A stretch of DNA of 64,000 nt from Callorhinchus milii (GCF_018977255.1 NW_024704742.1:11782001-11846000); one strand, 5' to 3'; numbered from the stretch's first letter, positions 12,106-23,983 are shown. The notes: generated by a model from the sequence alone, not told the origin. A program made the numbers and translations.

Positions 12106-13134
12106 GAATATGACATGCCCACAGGCACACACAGACTCACACACATACAGGGTGACCAAAAAGTGGTGATACCATTACCATGTCTGATACGTCTTAAAGA
12201 AATTAAGCAATATTTGCTTTTTTGTTGGATAATAGTGTAGATATCACCCTGTACATGCACAGGCCCACACACAAACATGCTGTTGTTGGCTGAAAATAAA
12301 TCATCAGGCAAATCTGCATTTTAAAAAAATGTTGCTGTCCTGCAAATGTAGCAGTTGGCAAAGAATGATCTGACATGAAGAACACGAGTTGTGAATGTCC
12401 ATTTTGTATCATATAGCCAGCGTCCTGAAAAGCAATACACAAATTTAATCTGTTGTTAATGTTGTCTAGAACACTATCGAGCTTTAAACACCCCTTCCTA
12501 ATACTTGAGATTTTGTCTGGGCATGAATTGAAAGGATTTAATTCAATGTGAGTTCAGATGCATCTTAAATGACCAAGGCAAAGCTCAAGGCAGATCACAA
12601 ATGTCTTCTAACCACTTGTATTGAATGTAGCTTCTAACTCATACCTTCGATATTTCCTGCAGTTAGTTACCAAGATGGCTTATGCGCTGTTACTTGATGA
12701 ATAGAACACCAATTATTTTACCAATTATTGGCACTTCGCTCACAAATATACAATAAATTCACTTTACAGTATATTCTGTGAAGTGCTTTGAGACGTATAG
12801 AAGACATGAAAAGTGCTTTAACAAATGCAAGGATTATTATTAATATTTTTATAAAACACCAATTAAACAAATCATTGAAGGTGAGCCCTGAATAATTGAG
12901 TTGAAGTGCTATTTCCTAGAATTTGTGTACTACACATGCAGTCTCAGCTTGACTTATCAGTCCAAATATTTAGTTGCAATTCTGGTTGCAATTTGAAGAA
13001 TTTTCATGATCCACAAACTGCAAGAAAATATCGCAGGTACTTACCAATGAGATACAAGCCTTATTCAATACAAGTGGTTAGAAGATTTGTGCGATTTGTG
13101 TGATCTGCTGTGAGCTCTGCCCTCCCTCATCATT

Positions 13135-13262
13135 TAAGATGCATCTGAACTTGCATTCAAGGAGGAGTGGGACGGATTGGGGGGCTCTTCCAAGGAGCCG
13201 GCACAGGCACAATGGGTCGAATGGCCTCCTTCTGTGCTGTAATATTCTGTGATTCTATGATA
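13135..13262 (+). mobile_element. CR1 3' end
   Basis: GAGCCGGCACAGG..GGGTCGAATGGCCTCCTTCTGTGCTGT..TTCTGTGATTCTATGA, the same family as 34325-35152. Confidence 0.8.
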
Positions 13263-13744
13263 TGAATTGTGGATGATGAGGAGAATATAAACCGCGTTAA
13301 CTGGGAGAAAGACTCCACGTTTCTTTCAAATAGGAGCAGAATGGGTGTTCCAAGGCAGGCGGGCCGCAATTTAGTGACTCGATTAACAACTGGGATGATG
13401 ATTGGGAATAACAACACGGAACATGACAGAATAAATGCTATGGAGGCCAAAGTGGCAGCTAATTTCAGATGTTTCTATTTCCCTTTTACAAGATATTATA
13501 AAATCCGCTTTAATCCCTATTTTCACTCCACACTCTGGTGTGTGTGTGTGTTTTTGTGTTTGTGTTTGTGTGTGTGGTATCCGTGTTTGCAAGAAAACTC
13601 TCCTAACCTCCTCCATTGTGATTATTTTGGATGCTGATCTTAAACTGATGGCCTCTAGTCATTGACGCATCATCCAGTGGGAGGAAAGGAAGAAAAAGGG
13701 AAAAATAAAATACACAGAAGATGCTCTCAATGGGAGGTCACTAA

Positions 13745-13962
13745 ATAATAATAATAATTCCTCCAAAACCAAAAACAATAATAAATTGGTCATTTTCAAT
13801 CTACGACTGTTTGTGGGACATTGCTGTGCGCAATTGGCTGCCGCGTTCGCCCACAAATATAGTCAATTTACTTTACAGTGTGTTCTGTGAAGCGCTTTGG
13901 AACGTCCTCCCGACGTGAAAAGCGCTATATCAAATGCAAGGATTATTATTATTATTATTATT
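13745..13962 (+). mobile_element. SINE, 5'-truncated
   Basis: Deu-like body, ACGTC-CTCCC-GACGT tail, (ATT)n. Confidence 0.9.
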
Positions 13963-14009
13963 GAATTAATCCTTCCAATTCCTGCCCAGGCAAAATCACA
14001 ATACTATGC

Positions 14010-14322
14010 AATTTACATTGGTATAGTGCCTTTTACATGAGGAGGATGGCTCAGATTGCTTCACACTGCTGTCTGGGCAACCGTGCTGCTGGGTGGGAGC
14101 TAATGGTGGTGTGGAGGGAGGGAACGAGTTGGTCGGATTCTGCGATGGAGTTCCAGAGAGGAGGGGGTGTTATGGCTGAAAACCCACCCGCCTGCGAATG
14201 ATGGGTCAGAGAGGGCGAGGAATATGAAACCAGACTGTGTTCACTGAGTGTAGTATGGTTGAAGAGATAGTGTTTCGAAGAGGTAGAGTGGGGTGAGGCT
14301 TGCAGAAGGATTTGAAGATGAG
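14010..14322 (-). mobile_element. Old L2, 3' part; host of the H2B+SINE block
   Basis: Decayed L2 C-terminus (LWNSI) and tail. Joins colinearly with the L2 piece at 15185-15380. Confidence 0.65.
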
Positions 14323-14626
14323 AATAATAATAATAATCCTTGCATTTGTTATAGCGCTTTTCACGTCTTCTCGACATCTCAAAGCGCTTCACAGAATATA
14401 CTGTAAAGTGAATTGATTGTATATTTGTGGGTAAAATGCGGCAGCCAATTGCGCACAGCAGTGTCCCACAAACAGTCTTGGATTGAAAATGACCAATTTA
14501 TTATTGTTTTGTTTTTGGAGGGATTATTATTAAGCGTGTGGAGTAAGGAAACTTGCCCAAGGTTGAAATTGAAACCAGGGTCTCACTTGCAAGGCGAGTG
14601 CTCTAACCACTGGGCTACAGGACTCC
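14323..14626 (-). mobile_element. tRNA-derived SINE, short-body form, full length
   Basis: Head GGAGTCCTGTAGCCCAG starts at 14626; (ATT)n tail at about 14323-14337. Confidence 0.95.
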
Positions 14627-14670
14627 ATGGGATATTATCAGTGCACACATAAGTTTAAGGCGCTTTTGTT

Positions 14671-14712
14671 ACAGCTCTGTCGGAGAAGTGGTGTGTGGTT
14701 CTGAAAAGAGCC
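14671..14712 (-). promoter_or_regulatory. Histone 3' processing signals: stem-loop (14697-14712) and histone downstream element (14671-14680)
   Basis: Minus strand reads AAAGGCTCTTTTCAGAACCACAC (canonical GGCTCTTTTCAGAGCC, one mismatch), then ACAGAGCTGT (canonical AAAGAGCTGT). Confidence 0.9.
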
Positions 14713-14742
14713 TTTGTGTGTAGATGAAGTGAATGTGAGCCT

Positions 14743-15145
14743 TCACTTGGAGCTGGTGTACTTGGTGACGGCCTTGGTGCCCTCGGACATGGCCTGCTTG
14801 GCCAGCTCCCTGGGCAGCAGCAGGCGCACGGTGGTCTGGATCTTCCTGGAGGTGATGGTCGAGCGCTTGTTGTACTGAGCCAGGCAGGAAGCCTTGGACG
14901 CGAAGCGCTCGAAGATGTCATTCACAGGAGTTCATGATGCTCATGGCCTTGGAGGAGATGCTGGTGTCCGGGTGAACCTGCTTCATCACCTTGTACATGT
15001 AGAAGGAGTAACTCTCCTTCATCGACCTCCTGCGCTTCTTGCTCGCAGTCTGCGGTTTGTGAATCGCTTTCTTGCTACCTTTTTGGGGAGCTCCTTTGCC
15101 CTCGGATTTAGCTCCTTTGGCCTCGGATTTGGCGTCACCTAACAT
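14743..15145 (-). pseudogene. H2B: Replication-dependent histone H2B pseudogene
   Basis: [37 protein letters not shown] / [51 protein letters not shown] 2-bp deletion at about 14926 shifts the frame. Several invariant residues are substituted. Confidence 0.95.
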
Positions 15146-15184
15146 TCTCTCTTGACTACAAACAACACAGTGTCCAATGAGGAC

Positions 15185-15380
15185 ATGAGGAATGAGGATC
15201 TTGAACACAATCCCCTGGGGGATGGGGAGCTGAGCAGTGGAGCTGAGTAAGAATGGGGGTGATGGGCTCACGTTGCCAGTGGGAGAGAAGACATGGACTA
15301 CAGAGATCTGGATAGTCTGCGGCCTGCGTAGGGATGAGCTAGGGGAGTATCATTTACCACAGTCAAGCCTTACAATAGTG
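15185..15380 (-). mobile_element. Old L2, upstream part; host of the H2B+SINE block
   Basis: Encodes [13 protein letters not shown], matching L2 [14 protein letters not shown]. Confidence 0.7.
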
Positions 15381-15769
15381 ATAAAGAAACCACATTAATT
15401 ACTAATTACTGATTACTAATTAATTAATTACAACATTATTTTCTATGGTTGATCTGCTGAGGAGGAGCAAAATCTGTTCTCTACATACAAAAAATATTTT
15501 TTTACTGATCAAACCAGCTAAGGCAGAGTCTGTGGAGTGCTTGCTATCTTTAGTTACCTAAACTAATAGTAATAATAATCAAAACACTTTGAGACATCTC
15601 AATAACGTGATACGATACTATATTAAATGCAAGGATTATTATTATATTATTATATAATCCTTTCCTTGCATTCGATAATTATTTGATACAAATTATTTTT
15701 GGCCTAGAAAGATGCAAGAGAATCATAGCAAACTCTAAGCCAGACATTAATAACGACATAAATTAATAT

Positions 15770-16190
15770 GTTTTACATTTGATATAGCACCTTGTAAGCC
15801 ATTAGGATATCTCAAAGTGCTTCACAGGATCTACTGTAAAGTATAGTTTCTGTGTAATTTGTAGGCAAACTCAGCAGGCAATTTGCACATAGCAAAGTCC
15901 CACAGACAGCCATGAAGTGGCAACCAATTTTATCTGGGTGAGTGTTGGTTAGGACACTGGGAGAAACTCTTTTCTGAATAGTGCAGTGAGATTTTTAACA
16001 TCCACCTGAACAGGCAAACAGGACCTCAGTTTATTGTCGATCTTTAGGATGACACCTCCAACAATGCAGCACACTCCCAGCACTGTATTGGAGTGTCAGC
16101 CTAGACAATGATTTCAATGTCCCGATGTGTGACTTGAACTCACAGCCATATGACTCAGAGGCGAGAGTGCTATCAACCTTGCTTGAGCTT
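15770..16190 (-). mobile_element. Older Deu-domain SINE (SacSINE1/AmnSINE-like)
   Basis: Reverse complement has a tRNA-like head (GCACTCTCGCCTCTGAGTCA), then TCTAGGCTGACACTCC, TGCTGCATTGTTGGAGGTG, CCTGTTCAGGTGGATGTTAAAAATC and an L2-type tail. Family assignment is from recall. Confidence 0.75.
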
Positions 16191-17401
16191 CATTTTTTTT
16201 ATTTTTAGGTCAGCCAGGTATCTAATGCTTGACTGTTATGTACACACAATACACAATGGGTAATGGTAGAATAGAGAATTGTTTGCTCTGTTCCCATTGG
16301 GTATCTTGCAACACTTCACTGTTTGATCAGAAAAAACAAATGTTTCTCCTTGTTGCTCCTAAGTTTGAAATAGGCTATCCCTCACATTCTCCCTTAATAC
16401 ATTCTTACTTTTCCAAATAAAGATTTATTGTGTCATCTCCCACATTAACTGAAAAATGATTTCCAAGGACCTCAAAACTATTATTTTTCTTCTCTATAAC
16501 CTAGAATTTTTTTTCAAAAATCCAAATTTTCGTGGCACCTCACCACTTCTTGATTTATCTTGACTTCTTTCCTATTTTATCCTGTTCAAAGCTTGATGGT
16601 GCCTTGCATTATTAGCTTTTTGCCTAGTTTTCTCAGAAAAAAACTCCTTCTTGATCAGCCAGGAACTGCAAATAAGCTAATAATAGTTATTATTATTAGT
16701 CTAAACAATGATCACAGCTTTTCTAAAGGAAATTTGATACAGTTCCATGATAATAAATGGTTGTCATGAGCTGCAAAGCAGTAATTCAACTGAACATGTC
16801 TCCTCACATCAAAAATATGATGTGTGCGACACAAGAGCTTTATAAATGGCAACAGAACCAAAAAATTTAGTTACTTTTTCTTTTTTGCATTATTTTTGCA
16901 TTCAAAGAGAAAAAAAATTTTTTACATAAAAAAATAAATTTTACCATTGTGCTGGGTATTGGGGAAGACTGGTAAACATGGTAGTGAGGAGCTATAGTTT
17001 TATACATGTATTCAGTTTCTAGGATGCAATTTGTGGTATGCACATGTGGAATTCTGTCTGATTTGGATATTCTTCAGCATGGTGATGTGTTTCTGCAGGT
17101 GTCAGTCACCCAACTGACCAATAAAAAATACTAGATTATAGCATTACACTTTGTTTACTTTTTGGCATTAAACTATGAAGTAATCTTTTATTCAGTTTTC
17201 TCATTTTAGGAAACAATGTTGAAGGGTCAAGACCCATAGTAAACAACACCAATTGTTTAAAAAGAGGTGAGAAAAACAGTTAAACTGGGACATGGTGCAT
17301 TACGATCCAATGAAGCAGAAGAGGAAAATGCAGAGAAGCAATAGCCATAGTAATAGTAATTAGCAAAAGAAAAGGGAAAAAAAAGGTTGAAATGGAACAT
17401 A

Positions 17402-17750
17402 TAATAATAATCCTTGCATTTTTTGAAATAGCACCTTATCATGCCTTCAAGATGTCTCAAAGTGTTTCACAGAATATACTGTAAAGTGAATTGACTATAT
17501 ATTTTGTTGGCAAAATGCAGCAGCCAGTTGTGCACAAACAGTCGTGGATTGAGTGACCAATTTTTTTCAAGGAATATTACCCCCAGAAAAGCTATTTGCC
17601 AATCGACTAACAAACAGGTTCCTACTTACTGCTCGGTAAACAGAGGCGTGTGGAGTAGGGAAACTTGCCCAATGTTTCACCCTGCTGGAAAACAAACCCA
17701 GGTCTCCCATTTGCGAGTACTCTAACCACTGAGCGACACAGAGGACTCCT
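17402..17750 (-). mobile_element. SINE, long-body form
   Basis: Matches the window's SINE consensus. Confidence 0.9.
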
Positions 17751-17789
17751 ATAGGGGTTCAATGTGTACAGCTGAATATGAGATATGCC

Positions 17790-18208
17790 ACAGTGTCAGC
17801 CTTGGCTAGTTGGTAGCACTCCGAGTCAGGAGATTGTTGGATTAAGTCCATGTTGGAACTTTGTACTCATATAATTTAGCCTTCCAATGTAATATTGGGG
17901 AGGGGGAGCTTTTCTTCAAATGAGACATTTAAACTGAGGTCCTATCTGCTTGTTCATGTGTCATTAAGGATTCCTGACACTATTCAAAAAGAGGAGGGAG
18001 TTTTCCCCAGTATCCTGATCAAAAATAAATGTGTTCATTCCCATTCACTTCATGACTGATGGGTGGGACTTTGCTTTGTGTAAATTGGTTACTGTGTTGT
18101 GAACAAAGTACACAGTCACTACACTTTACAATATATCCTGTGAAGTGCTTTAAGACATAACTCTGGATGTGAAAGATATTATACGAAATGTAAGGATTTT
18201 ATTATTTG
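17790..18208 (+). mobile_element. Older Deu-domain SINE, decayed
   Basis: TTGGTAGCACTC..GAGTCAG head, TGAGACATTTAAACTGAGGTCCTATCTGC, GTGGGACTTTGCT, L2-type tail. Confidence 0.65.
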
Positions 18209-19239
18209 CTATCAATCTTATAAGCAGCGGGCATCCTGTCAAACCTCAGCAGGCCAGACACTGATTATTGATACAGCAGCTACAGTTAAATCTATATCAA
18301 ATGCATTAATTTGTATTTATTAGATCACTGGGAGATATCTCGTTGGGTTCTTTCTTGAATCTCTTGGTGATTGAATGAAATGGGAAGTAAATCTGTGGAA
18401 ATGCAGTTTAACAAAGAAAAAAAATTTCAAGGAAAATAAATGATTGTCCTTGCCATGTCTGGCTCATTCCCATCTTGTCTTGATTTCTGGATGTATTCTG
18501 CACCTACTGATTTCTAGCCTGATCTTTGAGCCCACAGTGATCGAACTTTCAGTTTGACTTTAAGACCAGGTAAATGTCCAAACTGAAATAATCCTCAAAC
18601 AAGAGCTGACATTGTACAGCAGGTCTGATTTAAAAGCAGGTCTGCCACTGCAATAAGATACAATAATTTGAGCAGAAGAAAATACCACAGTCTTTTCTTC
18701 TGTGAGTCTCTGTCTCCTGAGAACTGTACTGTCCCAGCTAATATCACTCGGAATGTTTACGCACAATCAAAGTGAAATGTCACACGTAAAGAGGTGCTCT
18801 ATGAGACCACCCTATTAGCCTCTCCTCCCATCATCTCACTCTCCTCGTTCTCTTCAGCCAATAATCTAATGTACAATTTCCCATGTATTTTCCACATCGC
18901 TGTCATCACCTCTGCAGACTATGTTGATCAATGACTTGTTCACAGCAGACATTTAAAACTGTGTTTTGTAAATGTTATCTTGAACGCAGAAACACCGAAA
19001 CACTTACAATGAAACTATTGTCCCGTGTATTTTATACCTGTAATGCTCCTCAGAAGGTCAGTTATCGAAGCATAAACAGCATGTATTGTGCAAGAAATTA
19101 CAATGAAGTAGATACGCATTTTGTTTTGAAACAATCCCTTCAGTTTATTTTGCTTCCTCTTTTGAAGATACTAAGCTGTGAGGACTAATATTTTCTCTCA
19201 TGCAGGGTGAGTCAGGTAAAACAAAGTGTAGGTCCCTAG

Positions 19240-19352
19240 AGCCAGCCCAGCTCATGTCTGCTAAACTCAGCACAGGCCAGTGATTTCGCACGGGTCATTT
19301 ATTGTGGCTCATTTGTACATTGAGCAGTGGGTTTACCAAAGGAGCCATCAAC
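19240..19352 (-). mobile_element. LF-SINE-like head relic
   Basis: Reverse complement TGGCTC..GGTAAA..TGAGCCAC..CTGGCCTGTGCTGAGTTTAGCAGA resembles the recalled LF-SINE 5' consensus. Confidence 0.55.
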
Positions 19353-20899
19353 AGAGTTCTACATTAATTCCAGAGTAATCAAGTGCGCTATTCTCGGCTC
19401 GTAGATTTTGCACAATGATACAACTCCATCCAGCACTTCAGAACAGGTTAGCTTTTTATAGACCCACTCAAAAAGTGAATTAAATTCATAATCAACTCAG
19501 TCCTCCTAAATAAATCCTGTCCATAGGCATTTTTTTTATTAATCTACAGAGATGTACATCAATCTTTCAAAAGCAATTACAGTGTGAGGCACTGCCCTCA
19601 GTCAGTTAGCATTCAAGTGCAATAAATTAAGATTGAACCCTTCAGAGAGCTGTTAAGATCTTTATTTGGGTAAAACAAAGGCATCAATGATAAAAAGATT
19701 GGTGCAGATGTAATTACAGGAGAGTGGTGGGAATCAAATGAGAACCAGACATTCATTTCTGCTATGTGTTTGACTTGACTCTATCAATGTCCAAGGAAAC
19801 AAAATAAACCTTAAACCAATGTTCAGGAGCCAGTTAAATAGTTTTTTATGTGCTAATCTGTGATTTTTTTTCTATTCTCCTTTGATCTCTTACAAAATGA
19901 AAGAATTACTTTTGAATTAATAGGGTTTGTATGTAATTTGTCACCAAGTTCTAATATTTTGAGTAATTGCGAACAGCAAAGGGGATTTTTTTTAAATCAA
20001 GAAGGAATTTGTTGGAAAGATAGTATTTACCACACATAGAAGATGAAAATAAATAATCCAGTAGAGTTCAATCTGTTCTGTAAACACACTTGATGAAGAC
20101 ATGGGCTTTAGTAATGGCACTCTACAGCTGGGATTCAAAAGTAATCCAATCTACAGCTTGGATTCAAACTTACTGGAACATCTTCATACTCTCTGGAGAC
20201 TTTGACATGTATCCTTAAATTACATCCAGTCTAACCATGGCCACAGGTAATTTACTTATGTTACCAGCACTGATGGAGCTCCTATTTCCTTCACGTTAAA
20301 CTTTCACATTAAAGCTTTTTTTAACATTAAAATAAAGGACCAGCCAAATTTCCAGAATAGATGCTGCTGCCCTGCCCTGCCTCGCCTTTCCTGCTCTGCC
20401 CCTGCCCTGCCTCGCCCCTGCCCTCTCTCCTCTTTGCACTCAAAAATGATCAGAGGCTCAGCATTTCAGCACCCGCTAAAATGTCAGAGCAGGTGGGTAA
20501 ATGGAATCTGGTCACACAGAACTGGTTGGTCAAGTTAAAGGAGAGAGAGTGCTGTAAGGGACCTCACTGCCTTTCTTCAGTTGCAGTTGTTAATCTAACC
20601 TGCCTTTTGTTCTTGTTTGCTGTAACATGATGCTGACCTTCTCTGCTGCAACTGATTTCACAGGTTGTGTGTATTCTGCCTGGTGCTGAATGCTTTGACA
20701 GTGGCTTGTGTGTGATCAGGATTTCTGATAGTAATGCAGGAGACCACAAGTGTGAAGGCCCGGGTTTGGGAGGGGGAGATGAATTATTGATCTTCAAGAA
20801 GGTCAGGGTTGTGTTTACAGAAAGAAAAGAGATATTTGGTGAAGCAGTATAGCTCTGACAAATAGAGAGTGCACCATTGGAGGTGGCACAAGTGTATCA

Positions 20900-21226
20900 C
20901 TGCTTGATTCCCAGCACGGCAAAATGTTGGGCAAGTTTCCTTACTCCGCACGCCTCTGTTTACCTAGCAAAAAGTAGGAACCCGGTTGTTAGTGAATTGG
21001 CGGATCTCTATTCCAGGGGTAATAATACCTTCAAAAAAATTAATAATGATATTTTGGTCACTCAATCCACGACTGTTTGTGGGACACTGCTGTGCGCCAT
21101 TGGCTGCTGTGTTTCGCCCACAAAATATAAAGTCACTACACTTTACAGTATATTCTGTGAAGTGTTTTGAGACGTCTCGAAGGGATGATAAGGCGCTATA
21201 TCAAATGCAAGGATCATTATTATTAT
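20900..21226 (+). mobile_element. SINE, long-body form
   Basis: Matches the window's SINE consensus. Confidence 0.9.
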
Positions 21227-21577
21227 CACTGGTTCATATGGACATTTTATCAGAATTTCACTGGTATCATTTTACGGCTTCATCTGTTTTTGCTTTTCGT
21301 ACACTAGCCATTAACTATAATTTTACAACAGATATGGAGTTTGGTCCGGGTCAGTAGTTTTGAATGAGCTGGATTTGAAAATGTTTTTTATTTAAAGAAC
21401 AGAGTCCAATGTGTATACTCTGCATTTTATTTTAACTGTTCAAATTCTTTGAGATGATTGTATTTCAGTTGGTTTCACAGAGTGGGTGACTGTGGATGTG
21501 GGGGGTGGGGGCAAAGAGTAAACATTTAGATACATTTTCAATTTAGGATTGAAACAACTGAAAATCTGAAAGGTCTG

Positions 21578-21740
21578 AAGAATCATAGAATTATACAGCA
21601 CAAAAAGAGGCCATTCGGCCCATCGAGTCTGTGCCGGCTCTTTGAATAGAGCAATTAATGTCAATCCCACTCCCCAGTCCGTTCCCCATAACCCTGCAAA
21701 CCCGTCCTCCTCAAATACCAGTCCACCGCGTTTTTAAAAG
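21578..21740 (-). mobile_element. CR1 3' end
   Basis: Near-identical reverse complement of 35000-35152. Confidence 0.85.
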
Positions 21741-23664
21741 AATAATGGTTGAGGCACAGACAGGAATAATATTAGCCTTCATGGAAGTTTCAATGTGCCC
21801 TCCTTCAACACACATATACATTGACTGCCGAAGAACCTGGCTGATTGTCACTCTGTCTCCTTTCTGTACCAGAAACAAACATGTGATACTTTCCACCCTT
21901 GGCTCCCGGCACACAATAAACCATCTAATATAACATCAGAGATATCAAAATGTCATTTTCCATAAACTGATTTTACTGTATTTTCATTGGTAAGACCTTA
22001 CAGTCTAACATTCCATCCGTATTAGAATTATAGAATTCATGATAAGCGCAACATCCTAACCTAAACAGCTTATTGCCTACCGCTCCCAAACTTCGTTAGG
22101 AACATATTCGTGTCATATTATATTTTATCAATATAACCATTTTACTGTCACGTGTACATTTGTTAATCTTTTTTCTATACGCCGCACAATTATAGATTAA
22201 AGTTATTGTGACCTAACTTGCCAAGCCTACATTTCCACACAATTTTCATCTCCTTTCTGTACAATCACCAGTTAAGTCCACTGCACCTCATAAGTGCAGC
22301 AAAGGTTTCTTGTATTGCTGTAGGTCAGATTCATAAAGGAGACCGGATCAATTCTCATCATCTCAAGCCAGCTGGACCAAGAAAGCCTTGCAGATAGTCT
22401 CCTGAGATACAACCCTCTGATGCACGCAAGATTTATCAAACAAATTCTCTGTCGCTACATATTGGTTTTATAATATTTTCCCTGCAGCAAAAGAAATGGA
22501 AAGATAAAAGTGAAGCAAAAGTGGTTTGCTGCACGCCTGTTCAGCAAATAACTTATCTAAGAGCAGCTATTAGAAGTCAGTGAATGATGTGCGGCAAGCA
22601 ATCTTTAATAGCTTCCTCTGAATTTGTACACAAAGAAGGCAGGGAGCAGACTGATTATCGATACCACAAGATACATAAGGTGAATGAGGGCAAAGTATGT
22701 TTTAATGAGATCAGAGTGTGGGGAAGCATGTTGAATTGTAAAACTTTTCCCGTTTTGTGCAGGCGAATGGTTTTGTATCCCATTCTGTTGCTGCCCTGAA
22801 TTGTTGAGTTTTCAACCCTCACCCTAAATTTTGTGCACAATGTTTTGGCATGTGAGCGCATTGTTGTAGGAAGGCAACTGTGGTATTGAGACACAATTGC
22901 ATAAAATCAGCCTTCTGAGTTCAAGTGGATTTTTGCTCTGGGGTGCCATTTGGGGATTTTGTAAACCAAATGCAACATTTTTCTACTGGTGCTCTTCATT
23001 TTAGGAATCAACAACCTACAGTCTATTCTGTGAAGTGCTTTGAGAAGTCTCGAAGACATGATAAGGCGTTATATCAAATGCAAGTTTTATTATTATACTA
23101 AAGGACTACAGGTGATTCTGAAATTCTTCTCTTAGTGATTAATAGAATAATTAAGGGCAATAAATAATCCACTCTATAAAATAGTGTTTACACATAATTA
23201 ACATAATGTGCAAATCAGACTCCGTTGTGTTCAATGAGCTTTGCAAAATATCTTATGGTTCATTGCCTATTTCATCCTTGATTTCATTTGGTATTCTGAT
23301 GAATTGTTTTATGAACCCCAAATTTTTGTTTTCTTAATGACCAATTTTTCATTCCTGGCCACTGTTTACACCTTTAATTAGAAACATCCCCATGACTTAT
23401 CGGACTGAGAATATTTGATGTTTTTTTTTTACCCGGGGAAAACAATATAATTTGCAATGTGTCATACATCTGCTGCCTCGACCACCTCCCCACCCAACAG
23501 CTAGTCACCCAGCTCCCACTCCTCTGCCTCCTGCTGCAGAAGCTCTTAATACAATCAGGCTTATTTCTGTTAGGAAATAATATTTTGGGATATGATATAG
23601 AGTTAGGGACATGACATATCAAGCGACTGCCAGGAAGATGGAAGGTGAATTGGATGGTTTTCTT

Positions 23665-23983
23665 TAATAATAATAATAATCCTTGCATTTGATATAGCGC
23701 TTTTCACGTCGGGAGGACGTCCCAAAGCGCTTCACAGAACACACTGTAAAGTGAATTGACTGTATATTTGTGGGCGAACGCGGCAGCCAATTGCGCACAG
23801 CAACGTCCCACAAAGAGTCGTAGATTGAAAATGACCAATTTATTATTGTTTTGTTTTTTTGGAGGGATTATTATTAGGTGTGTGGAGTAAGGAAACTTGC
23901 CCAAGGTTTCGCCCTCTGCCTGGAATTGAACTCAGGTCTCTCGCTTGCAAAGCGAGTGCTCTAACCACTGAGCTACAGGACTC
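23665..23983 (-). mobile_element. SINE, short-body form, young and full length
   Basis: Complete head to tail, with the ACGTC-CTCCC-GACGT loop. Confidence 0.95.

Noticed and set aside
15174..15178. CCAAT box as an H2B promoter remnant
   Set aside because: It is only about 30 nt from the ATG, has no TATA box, and overlaps the ATGAGGA junction repeats.
14918..15271. 117-aa H2B with an N-terminal extension
   Set aside because: The extension is L2-derived ([13 protein letters not shown]) and the histone fold is frameshifted.
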